A DNA stretch of 64,000 nt from positions 17,557 through 81,556 of the forward strand of contig CAYXYJ010000004.1 of assembly GCA_964469295.1 (NCBI GenBank). The letters are read 5' to 3'. Positions 29,163 through 37,438 of this stretch are shown piece after piece (the stretch's first letter is position 1; each line of letters opens with the position of its first letter). Source of the DNA: an uncultured Candidatus Saccharibacteria bacterium (GTDB lineage: Bacteria > Patescibacteriota > Minisyncoccia > Phycocordibacterales > UBA918). The notes beneath the pieces are model-generated. The model had not been told where the DNA came from, did no database searches, and was given only the letters and a program-made list of their open reading frames with translations. The position numbers and the translations under genes were made by a program.

Positions 29163-29376
29163 TTTGTTTGACCAGTCGTCCCTCTATTATAACGTACCCA
29201 TCTTTCCTCATCCTGATGTATATAGGTTTGAGTACCTCGGACAGCTCTACCAGTGCCTTTAGCGAGCAGTCGGATAGCACCTTATTTGGGACCTTATCGC
29301 AACTCACAAAACCGCGTTGCAAATCGCTTTTTTCAAACGTACTGGTTTTGTGTAGCTCGCTCATTATCGTGTGCAA
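29149..29376 (-). CDS. small protein overlapping both neighbours; candidate recombination directionality factor/regulator
   Basis: 75-aa ORF whose ends overlap the Rep gene (13 nt) and the integrase gene (14 nt); no motif recognised. Confidence 0.3.
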   Translation of the reverse strand: MHTIMSELHKTSTFEKSDLQRGFVSCDKVPNKVLSDCSLKALVELSEVLKPIYIRMRKDGYVIIEGRLVKQNENE

Positions 29377-30545
29377 TTAGCCAAAACAGAGCGAGTAACG
29401 AGTTCATATTTTTCGATTTCGTCATCTACAAAAGCCACACCATTTGCATATGGCAAACCTTTTGTAAGTTCTGACGCTTGGTTGATTTTCTCATTTAATC
29501 GCTCTGGATGTTCTCCGTTCCAGTGACTAAATATAAGTCGGCGGAACTCTTTAACACCGTTTTCACGGATGATACAAGTCAAACCATATGCTACGAGCGC
29601 CTTGTTCATACTATGAGCGCCACCAAGCGCTTTTGCGCCCTCTACAATGCGCTGTAGCAAGCGAAAACTATCAATAGGACCAATGAGTGCTAGTTGGTTT
29701 TCTGGACGGCTAACAATGTCGCGCCACGAGTTCAATAGCACTTTTTGAGATAATCCCTCCGTAAACAGGTCCCTGAAAGCTACGTAGGTTAATGGCTTAC
29801 GGTCCATTGCAGAATTGATGTCTCGCTGTACCGTCTGGGTTTTCTTGATGCGATACTCGTAGCGAAAAATCTCCGTATGCTCTAGGTTATATTCGTCAAT
29901 AAGAGTTCGCTCATAATCAATATGACCCTTATCTTTTCGCTTCACCTTGGGTCGCATTGCATCTACTACCTTGTCGTAAAAAACTCGCTCTACGGTCCCA
30001 CAGTAGAGGTGTAATATCTGACCACCGTTTTTTGTTTCTTTGGCGGTCACATCAAATGCTTTCCCAATATCTACACGCCCAAGCTCTGCCAAAATATCTT
30101 GTAAGCGTATGTCTCTTGGCAATAGTACATTCTTGCAAAAATGAACCGCCGAAACGCGAGCGCTCGCAATAGCTTCATTTTCGATTTTGATACCAACACG
30201 TAAAAGTACATCTCTAAACACGGTCACTACTTTCCCAAAGTCCTTATCTGACACCTCTTGTAAACTGTTGCCGTAAAGTAACTTCGGTATTGAAAACTCT
30301 GCAATGAGTACGTACACAATCGTTTTATGCTCTCTATCCAGAGTTTCAAGAACATCAATTTTTGGGGTGTAGCGAGATTGATGTGGAGCTTTAAGCACAA
30401 ACCGTCGCAAATACATTCGATTTGAAAGCTGTTCAGTTGGTGAAAGCTCGTGATATTTACGGCTATATATTTCAGGCAAGAACCAATCCTTTTTTGTAAA
30501 GGTAAACTTCTTGGGTCCGTATATCTTGAGAATGACTGTATCCAT
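29364..30545 (-). CDS. replication initiation protein, Rep_trans-like (rolling-circle type)
   Basis: blocks resembling Rep_trans conserved regions (ILHLYCGTVERVFYDK... and EIFRYEYRIKK); recalled from memory, not searched. Confidence 0.4.
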   Translation of the reverse strand: MDTVILKIYGPKKFTFTKKDWFLPEIYSRKYHELSPTEQLSNRMYLRRFVLKAPHQSRYTPKIDVLETLDREHKTIVYVLIAEFSIPKLLYGNSLQEVSDKDFGKVVTVFRDVLLRVGIKIENEAIASARVSAVHFCKNVLLPRDIRLQDILAELGRVDIGKAFDVTAKETKNGGQILHLYCGTVERVFYDKVVDAMRPKVKRKDKGHIDYERTLIDEYNLEHTEIFRYEYRIKKTQTVQRDINSAMDRKPLTYVAFRDLFTEGLSQKVLLNSWRDIVSRPENQLALIGPIDSFRLLQRIVEGAKALGGAHSMNKALVAYGLTCIIRENGVKEFRRLIFSHWNGEHPERLNEKINQASELTKGLPYANGVAFVDDEIEKYELVTRSVLANCTR

Positions 30546-30591
30546 AGTGATATTCGTTGTTGTCGGTATTTTTCAAGGAAACCTCTGCTCG

Positions 30592-30858
30592 CTAGTCGGA
30601 GTAGAGTTTTGTCTTGATAGCTTTTAGATTGTCAAAGTACGACCGCGCTTTGACTTTAAGGTCGTCACTGAAAAAGCGATTGGAGGCAATCTCAATTCCT
30701 TTCTTATACTCAAATACAAACAAGACACGCCGTCCGTTTGAGCGGTCCAGATTTTGCAACTTATAACCGACAGTCAAGAGTGCTGTTGAAAGTCCCAAGT
30801 CGTATGTTGTGAAAACGTCGTCACCACTGTTCTCTTCATTGCTCTTTTCTTTATTCAT
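30592..30858 (-). CDS. DUF5659-like small protein
   Basis: TTYDLGLSTALLTVGYKL...RVLFVFE core typical of DUF5659 proteins found beside integrases in mobile elements. Confidence 0.5.
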   Translation of the reverse strand: MNKEKSNEENSGDDVFTTYDLGLSTALLTVGYKLQNLDRSNGRRVLFVFEYKKGIEIASNRFFSDDLKVKARSYFDNLKAIKTKLYSD

Positions 30859-30976
30859 AGTAATTGTTTATGTGTTAGTGCGAGACGATGTCTCATACAT
30901 AAATGGCATAAAGTTACCGAGTAAGAAAAAACACCCAGTTTACGGGTGTTTCGTCCGTTAGATTTTATTCTATTTG

Positions 30977-32227
30977 TTACTGCGAGAATGATTTGAAAAT
31001 GTCATCTGCTTCACTGGCGAGGGTTTCTGCTTTTGTTGGTTCAGTATTTTTATCCGTATACCCGATAGTCATTTTGAGTGTGTACGCTTTCTCCTTTGTG
31101 TAAGTCTTAAATGGGTCAGTATCAAGACGGAAGTAGTTTTTGAGAGCAGTTGAGAGGCGAGCTTTTTGTTGTTTATACTTATCTTTTGCTTCTGGGTCAG
31201 ACGCGGGTAGTGAGCCACCCTGTTTTGCAAGCAGTCGGAGCAGTATCCATAACTCATTGCAAACACCTTTCTTTCTACCATCAGCAAAACCCATATCCGC
31301 AAAACCTGTTTCAAGTGAATTGCCAGCAACATTGATTTTGACATACTCATCATTCAAGAACGTGAGCATTATATTTTCCCAGCGTGTACCATCAGGAATG
31401 GTGTACGGGAAACCAACTTTGGTGGTTTTATCTGGGCTAGTGTTGTTGATATTCAAGTCAATCGGCTTCTCTTGGATGCTGTTCTCAAAGCGATGGTTAT
31501 GCTCGTGCCGTATCACTTTTTCAACTATCTTTTCTGCATTTTCCTGTGTCACTTTAGGACTTTCTTTTGGTGCAATAAGCATATCCTCATTTATTTTGCA
31601 GTGTGCATAGTCAAATATCCAGCCATAGTCGTCAACAGCTCGCTCTTCAAACTCATATGAGGTTACCAAGCCAATTTCGTGTAGACGTTCAATTGCAATT
31701 CGGCGGTAGTACGGGAGATTTACATCATCAGGAGCAGGGTCATAGTTCGATAACGTAAGATTATCTCCCATTGGATACTCATACGTCACACCTTTGATAC
31801 GTATTTTGTTGTATTCATTCTTAAAAAAGTTCACCGCTTCCATTAAATAATCAGTTGATGTCTTACCCTTTTGTGTAAAATCTACCGCCACTTTTTCGGT
31901 ACTAAAACTATCAACCTTTTCGAGCATATAATAATCACCGTTCCCCACAAGAGTGAGGTCTTTGATATATTGTTCCTGCTCCAATTTCTGCAAAATCCGC
32001 CGATGCTCATTCCTTGTTAAAGCTGTCCACTCTTCTGGATTATCAGGATGCCCGACACTGGTGACGTGATACCGAATAGGTCCCTTTGGGCTTATCAAAG
32101 TTTCACCGTCTATATTGTCTTTTACATACTGTATTTTTTCTTCGGGCGACATAATATATTCATTTTCATACTCATCAAAAGCAATGCCTTTAATATGGCT
32201 TATTGTAAAGGTATTATTATCTTTCAC
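30977..32227 (-). CDS. hypothetical protein (416 aa), first gene of the leftward island operon
   Basis: long ORF; no recognised motif. Confidence 0.4.
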   Translation of the reverse strand: MKDNNTFTISHIKGIAFDEYENEYIMSPEEKIQYVKDNIDGETLISPKGPIRYHVTSVGHPDNPEEWTALTRNEHRRILQKLEQEQYIKDLTLVGNGDYYMLEKVDSFSTEKVAVDFTQKGKTSTDYLMEAVNFFKNEYNKIRIKGVTYEYPMGDNLTLSNYDPAPDDVNLPYYRRIAIERLHEIGLVTSYEFEERAVDDYGWIFDYAHCKINEDMLIAPKESPKVTQENAEKIVEKVIRHEHNHRFENSIQEKPIDLNINNTSPDKTTKVGFPYTIPDGTRWENIMLTFLNDEYVKINVAGNSLETGFADMGFADGRKKGVCNELWILLRLLAKQGGSLPASDPEAKDKYKQQKARLSTALKNYFRLDTDPFKTYTKEKAYTLKMTIGYTDKNTEPTKAETLASEADDIFKSFSQ

Positions 32228-32322
32228 AAGGTGCTTGCATTTTTGTGAATATATTGTATATTACTTTCTGAAAGAACCCTCGTCGTGGAGGTCTCACGAA
32301 GTTCAATAAGACGGAGGAATAA

Positions 32323-32862
32323 ATGTCCGACACATATGGTTCGCAAGAAGCCCAAGACCTCATCACCTTGGAGGTGAAGGTCGAAGGTTATGACAATTGG
32401 CGCGACGCTTTCGCTGAAGAAGTCGAGCTTTCGGGAACTTGGGCAAAGGAAGCGGGGAAAAGCAAAGCTTCGTTGCTCGAAGCGTGCGATATCACTGCAC
32501 GTCTGAACCGCATTTCCCGAGAGGTTGAATACTTCTCGACCCTCATCAATATGGGCTATGCCCTTGAAGAAGCTGTTGTCACCTTCGACAACGACAGCTG
32601 GGGCAAGTTCGGGAAATGCACGTGGATTAAGGACCATACGTCGTACTCTGACCCCGAGGTCTTCTGGCGGAAGGTGGTTCCTGAAGCATCCGATTACTCT
32701 GTGTCCCTCGTTGCCGCCTGTTTCAACACGGAAAACGCGGGCGAGCAGAAAATCACGCTGTCCTCGGTCGCTATCAGCTCTGGCTTCCTCTTTCACAAGA
32801 CCCTTCGTTTCCACCGTATGGTTTTTTCAAAACCGAAGGAGAAAGAAGCAGTCGCCGCCTGA
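32323..32862 (+). CDS. GC-rich hypothetical protein (cargo)
   Basis: GGAGGAATAA RBS, elevated GC, downstream hairpin plus T-run; the antisense ORF 32224..32814 is judged spurious. Confidence 0.4.
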   Translation: MSDTYGSQEAQDLITLEVKVEGYDNWRDAFAEEVELSGTWAKEAGKSKASLLEACDITARLNRISREVEYFSTLINMGYALEEAVVTFDNDSWGKFGKCTWIKDHTSYSDPEVFWRKVVPEASDYSVSLVAACFNTENAGEQKITLSSVAISSGFLFHKTLRFHRMVFSKPKEKEAVAA

Positions 32863-32967
32863 TTGGTCCTATCGCCTTGAAGCCGTCTCGGTTTCGAGGC
32901 GGTTTCTTTTTTATATAACAAACTCTTGTAGTATTTGTATGTTTGATTTGATGTACTGCCTCTCTTT

Positions 32968-32999
32968 ATAAAGTTCTGAAAGCCACGCTAATGGGTCAC
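32968..32999 (+). repeat. island repeat copy 1 (left half only): ATAAAGTTCTGAAAGCCACGCTAATGGGTCAC
   Basis: seen directly; 32/32 identical to copy 4. Confidence 0.8.
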
Positions 33000-33047
33000 C
33001 AATTAGAGAGCTGGTTCGAGCACTCGAGAAGGCTCGAATCTCGAAAC

Positions 33048-33077
33048 AAAAAACTACTCAGATCTGAGTAGTTTTTT
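33048..33077. terminator. bidirectional terminator (AAAAAACTACTCA-GATC-TGAGTAGTTTTTT)
   Basis: perfect hairpin with flanking A/T runs. Confidence 0.7.
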
Positions 33078-33666
33078 GTTATTAGCTCACAATACTTTCA
33101 TCAACCATAATTAGCTGGACGAGCCAGTCCAAGTTCTTCAACATAATCTCTCTTATCATTAGATTCACCCTTCACGATATCAAAAGAGATGTCGCTGATA
33201 CACACGATATTGATTTAGTGTATTTTGACAATATAAACATAGATGAAGAAAAAGACAGAAAACTTTCAGAGAGTATGAAAGGTGCTCTTGGCCTTGATTG
33301 GGAAATAGTTAATCAAGCTTACACACATAAATGGCACGACAGAGACACTCCGTATACGAACACTGCAGAAGGGTTGTCAGAGTGGGTAGAAACACCTACT
33401 TGCGTTGGGTGACACTAGAGAACGAAGAACCAAAGATAGTAGCTCCTCACGGGATTGATGACCTCGTTAACTTGATAGTTAGACCAACTCCAAGTCGGAA
33501 AGGTGATTTGAGTATTTTTTACAAAAGAATTGAGAGTAAAAAATGGTTAGAAAAGTGGCCCAAACTACGAGTGGTTACTGAAAGAAGATAAGAAACAAAA
33601 TCAAGAACTATATGAAAACCCCGACAGACTTGCGTCTATCGGGGTCCCCCCCTGACGGTCAGACCG

Positions 33667-34080
33667 TCAAATCACGATATCGACCGGGGAGATGCTCCAC
33701 CCCATCACACCTTGCGGAACGAGGTCGGCTTTCTTGCCCTGCTTGGGGCGAGTGCCGAGTCGGTCACGCAGGTACTGAAGCAGGCTGTTTACTGCCTTCT
33801 TGTGGGTCTTCTTCTCGCCATCGGGGAGGATGTAGTGGAACGCAATGTAATGCGTGCCATCACCGCCTGCACCACGGATGTGGAGGTCAACCCAACGTTC
33901 GGGCGTGCGAGACTTCATTTCGGAAATGAAGTCAGCGAGCTTCTCGATGGACACCGAAGCGTCGAACTTCACGGTGCCAGCGACATGGTGGTCACGGTTC
34001 AAAAGAGCAGTCATCAGTTTCTCCCATAAACGTGGAGGGTACGCATAATCGGGATTGACTATGCTTTTTTTTAATATCAC
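33667..34080 (-). CDS. GC-rich hypothetical protein (cargo)
   Basis: approx 58% GC ORF; the antisense ORFs 33612..33929 and 33712..34029 are judged spurious. Confidence 0.4.
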   Translation of the reverse strand: MILKKSIVNPDYAYPPRLWEKLMTALLNRDHHVAGTVKFDASVSIEKLADFISEMKSRTPERWVDLHIRGAGGDGTHYIAFHYILPDGEKKTHKKAVNSLLQYLRDRLGTRPKQGKKADLVPQGVMGWSISPVDIVI

Positions 34081-34160
34081 ACTTTTGCGTGTTTTGCAAG
34101 CCCTCGCCTATACCAAACTACCAAGCAAAACAATGCTACTTTTAATATATTCTCGGTCCT

Positions 34161-34253
34161 TATACAGTTCTGAAAGCCACGCTAATGGGTCACAAAGTAA
34201 AGAGCTATAGTTATCGAGGTATTTCAGGGCACCTTACTGGGAGTTCAGAACTC
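34161..34253 (+). repeat. island repeat copy 2 (full approx 93-nt dyad unit: left half 34166-34193, imperfect inverted right half 34219-34253)
   Basis: seen directly; followed by a TGTATAAT -10-like box 8 nt upstream of ATG at 34275. Confidence 0.8.
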
Positions 34254-34274
34254 TTTATTGTATAATTTTACTAT

Positions 34275-35066
34275 ATGGAAAATATGCCAATAGTAGATGA
34301 ATTTGTTGCACCGAAAAAGAATGTTTTATTTGAAATGACTACTGTATCAAAGACACTCGCTGCAATTTTATTCATTTTGATGCCATTCGTAGGTGGCTAC
34401 ATCGGATTTAAAATAGCAAATTCTATAAAAGCGACGCCCGTTATTGAGGTGCCGACCATAACAGATACAACCGCTGTTTCAGAAGTAAAAATCTTGCGAG
34501 TCAGAGGAGAGTCTATGTCTAACAGAATGTTAGCCTACTGGTGTAATGAGTCCGACATAAACTGTCTGCAACACAAATCTTCCGTTCCTAACGATTCAGT
34601 AGACGTTACTGCCTTGTATGCAGAATCTGCAACAAGTACATACTTGCTAGATTTACTTTACATATCAGAGTCAACTTCTAAAGCTTATTTTAGAACGGCA
34701 AATGAACGAGACGAAGTTGTAGGTCTTGTTAGTTTTGATATGAACACAAAATCTATTATTAATGCAGATGAACTATATGGAGAACTCGAAGCAATGGATA
34801 TTGCATATGATGGTCGTTACATTGTGTTTGCAAACAAAGAACGAAATGAAGTGCTTGTATCTGACCTTGAAAAGGGTGCACTTATAAATAAGGAAAAAGT
34901 TACAGGTGGAACACTCCAAAAATCTAACTGCGATCCCGCATTAAAACCTGCTGATATAACACTCACATATAACTATCAGGTGCGTTTTCAAATCTACTCT
35001 AGTGAGTTGACTAGTAGTTGCGAATACAAGCCAACTGCAGTTGGCAACTTCCCAATTACACACTAA
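34275..35066 (+). CDS. membrane-anchored/secreted hypothetical protein (263 aa)
   Basis: N-terminal TM helix (LAAILFILMPFVGGYIGF); no SD, so possibly leaderless. Confidence 0.4.
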   Translation: MENMPIVDEFVAPKKNVLFEMTTVSKTLAAILFILMPFVGGYIGFKIANSIKATPVIEVPTITDTTAVSEVKILRVRGESMSNRMLAYWCNESDINCLQHKSSVPNDSVDVTALYAESATSTYLLDLLYISESTSKAYFRTANERDEVVGLVSFDMNTKSIINADELYGELEAMDIAYDGRYIVFANKERNEVLVSDLEKGALINKEKVTGGTLQKSNCDPALKPADITLTYNYQVRFQIYSSELTSSCEYKPTAVGNFPITH

Positions 35067-35137
35067 TTAATTTATGCGTAATCCTTTAAACAGATTTTTA
35101 ATGAAATGATACTCCGCTTAATATTTTCTCTTTCTAG

Positions 35138-35230
35138 ATAAAGTTCTGAAAGCCACGCTAGTGGGTCACAACATAAGAGCTATATTTACCAACGTATTTC
35201 AGGGCACCATAATGGGTGTTCAGAACTTTG
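35138..35230 (+). repeat. island repeat copy 3 (full dyad unit; terminal inverted repeats AAAGTTCTGAA / TTCAGAACTTT)
   Basis: seen directly; one substitution (CTAGTGGG) relative to the other copies. Confidence 0.8.
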
Positions 35231-35243
35231 ATATACTTTTCCA

Positions 35244-35714
35244 ATGAATAGGGACGTTTGTTTCGTTGCATTCAATAACACCATAGCTGCTAAAGTGCTG
35301 TCTCGTCTTTCCCAATTTCAGACCTATACAATTGAGAGTGATTTTTCTTCATTGGCTGATTTTGTAAAAACAGCGGATGTTTTGGATGCAAAATACATCA
35401 TTGGTCTTGGACAATACTCTGGGAGAGATAGAGATATGCTACGCATCGAGACCCGATGTAATAAAAACTTTAGAAACAATCCGATAGAAAAATCTAATAA
35501 GTTACAATTGGACGACATTCTTACGTTGACAGACAAATCCAAGCGAGCAACTGGTCTGGGTAACTCCTGGTGCAATCTCATATCTGTAATGATGCTAAAC
35601 AACACAAAGCGCAACTACTTATACGCATTCATACATATACCAAAAAACTTCAATCCTAAAGTCGCTGCAAAAGAGATACTTGAGATGCTTCCAAACAATC
35701 TTGTAGTTCGATAA
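35244..35714 (+). CDS. short peptidase C15 (pyroglutamyl peptidase I)-like protein
   Basis: GLGQYSGRDRDMLRIE (Glu region) and GLGNSWCNLI (catalytic Cys region) resemble Pcp motifs; shorter than canonical Pcp. Confidence 0.35.
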   Translation: MNRDVCFVAFNNTIAAKVLSRLSQFQTYTIESDFSSLADFVKTADVLDAKYIIGLGQYSGRDRDMLRIETRCNKNFRNNPIEKSNKLQLDDILTLTDKSKRATGLGNSWCNLISVMMLNNTKRNYLYAFIHIPKNFNPKVAAKEILEMLPNNLVVR

Positions 35715-35742
35715 TGCTTTGATGGATAGTTACTCTATCCTC

Positions 35743-35774
35743 ATAAAGTTCTGAAAGCCACGCTAATGGGTCAC
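35743..35774 (+). repeat. island repeat copy 4 (left half only)
   Basis: seen directly. Confidence 0.8.
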
Positions 35775-35781
35775 TAGTATA

Positions 35782-35807
35782 GAAAATGCGCCCTTGGGCG
35801 CATTTTC
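35782..35807. terminator. bidirectional terminator (GAAAATGCGCCC-TT-GGGCGCATTTTC)
   Basis: perfect 12-bp stem. Confidence 0.7.
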
Positions 35808-35895
35808 TATTTACAAGCTTCAAAATCAAACAATTTCGGAAACTTTTTTACTTACAGTAATCACATAAGCAATACTGGGAATGCTTGAGATGGAT

Positions 35896-36883
35896 TATCT
35901 AAAATCCTGCATACTTACCTTTCCTGAAACGCTTCCTTGCTCGAGCAAGGTGATGAACGCTTGTTCACGGAGATTGGCTTCTTCATCAATACACGCTTTT
36001 TTGGTACTGACTCCCTGACCAAAGACCACACTGTCGCCTTCAATACTGTATTCGCCGACAATATTGTTGCAACAAAATTTGCCATATAGCGACCATCGGC
36101 AAACGTAATCGTGCCACCGTTATAACTCACCCCTTTTCCGTCGAGAGATGATACCCCTGTGTCAGCATTTGTTGTCGCTTCGGCTTCGATGTCTACAGAC
36201 ATGGTGCCGTCAGCATTAAATCCGTTTTCTACCGTACAGGTATGACAAATGCCATATTTGTCTTTCCAGACCTTGTTTTCAGCATCAAAAACGATATCGT
36301 TTTCTTTGCCGTTGATTGAGGTGATGTTGACCAAGGTATATTCGTAGGCACTCGCGTCAGCGGGAACATTGGTCTTTTCCTTCCGTTCTACTTCTATTAC
36401 GTAGGAATTACCCTCTATATAATCAAAACCGGCAATAGTATCGTAGAACATTTCGTTATTTATCATCAAACACTTTTGTGGACCAACACCAACACAATCA
36501 ACTTTTTCTGGACCGACGTTGAACGTCAGAGTATCGGCTGTGGTAGTTGCGTCACGTTCGGTGGTAATGAGCTTTGCTCCTTCAGCGACTGTTTCACCAT
36601 TGATTTCTAGTGATGCTTCACCTTGATGTTCCCAAAAAACCACACTTTCGTCTTTATTCGTGTAGCGGGCTCCCGACCAAGACACGACTCGATCGAGTTC
36701 ATATTGTTGACCATCAATAGTCACGGTCGCGGTGTCACCATCATTGCTGTACGCCACGGCAAAATGCGTATCGGCAGTTGCAAAAACAAACGAATTGTCT
36801 TCGGTGGTAGTAGTGACAGTTTTTTCTTTGGTGTTTTCCAGCAAATAGTATCCAGCCACTAGAAATGCTACTATCCCGAGCAT
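35896..36883 (-). pseudogene. MliC-like plus META (HslJ-like) domain membrane/lipoprotein gene, interrupted by a 1-nt frameshift in an A4/T4 homopolymer (approx 36075-36078); either a true pseudogene or a sequencing error
   Basis: the ORF-track frame (35915..36883) ends in nonsense, while the +2 frame from about 36080 to 35896 reads as a clean META domain (GKFCCNNIVGEYSIEGDSVVFGQGVSTKKACIDEEANLREQAFITLLEQ); one extra T/A would join the frames. Confidence 0.45.
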
Positions 36884-37063
36884 TAAAAGAATTATTTTTT
36901 ATAGTTACAATTTGATTACAGTTATTACGCGCCTTTATCTTATCTTAGCAAATTTGTTCGGCCGGCACTAAATATTTTCACTGTACGATATTGAAAATCA
37001 TAAAATTAATTCCCTGTATGTCATTTTTGTTTTAGTCTGTCGTGCTTATTTTTCGACGCAAAA

Positions 37064-37396
37064 TTGCGGCACTACGTGGTCAATCCCAAGTCGATTATAA
37101 AACTGTGGTACGATATTTACATGGCCACCAAGAATTTTTTACACCGCACCCCAGCCGATCTCCAAGCCACACTGGAATCGAATCCGGCGCTTTTAGCGCA
37201 ATGGAACTCGCTCACTCCCCTGGCCCGTAACGAATGGATTTGTTGGGTAACCATAGTAAAAAAGACAGAAACGAGAACCAATCATCTCACTCGACTGAAA
37301 AAAGAGATTTTAGCTGGCAAAAGACGACCTTGCTGTTGGCCAGGCTGCACACACCGTCGTCCCGCTGCAACCAAATGGTTTAACACAAAAAAGTAA
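37064..37396 (+). CDS. YdeI/OmpD-associated (OmdA) family protein
   Basis: WICWVTIVKKTETRTNHLTRLKKEI matches the OmdA signature (W...AKK.ETR..R); probable start at MATKNF. Confidence 0.5.
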   Translation: MRHYVVNPKSIIKLWYDIYMATKNFLHRTPADLQATLESNPALLAQWNSLTPLARNEWICWVTIVKKTETRTNHLTRLKKEILAGKRRPCCWPGCTHRRPAATKWFNTKK

Positions 37397-37438
37397 TTTA
37401 CGTCACACGGACAAGTAAATGACCGTGGTTTTATTTTT

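Larger units (their letters stand above)
27438..35807. mobile_element. putative integrated element (serine integrase, RDF-like, Rep_trans, DUF5659, cargo cassettes) at tRNA-Glu; right boundary uncertain (could extend to about 36900)
   Basis: integrase abutting and overlapping the tRNA 3' end, plasmid/phage-type replication gene, ORFan cargo of mixed GC, repeated recombination-site-like motifs. Confidence 0.4.

Noticed and set aside
32224-32971. ORFs 32224..32814 (-) and 32525..32971 (+) overlapping the 179-aa cargo gene
   Set aside because: Same reason: antisense or off-frame ORFs within a GC-rich gene. Only 32323..32862 has an RBS and a downstream terminator.
33331-33591. Independent functional gene call for ORF 33331..33591
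   Set aside because: It overlaps the preceding ORF in another frame and lacks an RBS. It is more likely part of a degraded cassette, reported as a finding instead.
33612-34048. Plus-strand ORFs 33612..33929, 33712..34029 and 33854..34048 opposite the 137-aa GC-rich gene
   Set aside because: Cys/Arg/Gly-rich translations typical of antisense high-GC sequence. They are kept out of the feature list.
32960-35810. Calling the repeat array a bona fide integron
   Set aside because: No IntI-type tyrosine integrase with the characteristic extra domain is adjacent. The repeat does not match the attC R-box consensus (GTTRRRY / RYYYAAC). It is kept as a hypothesis only.
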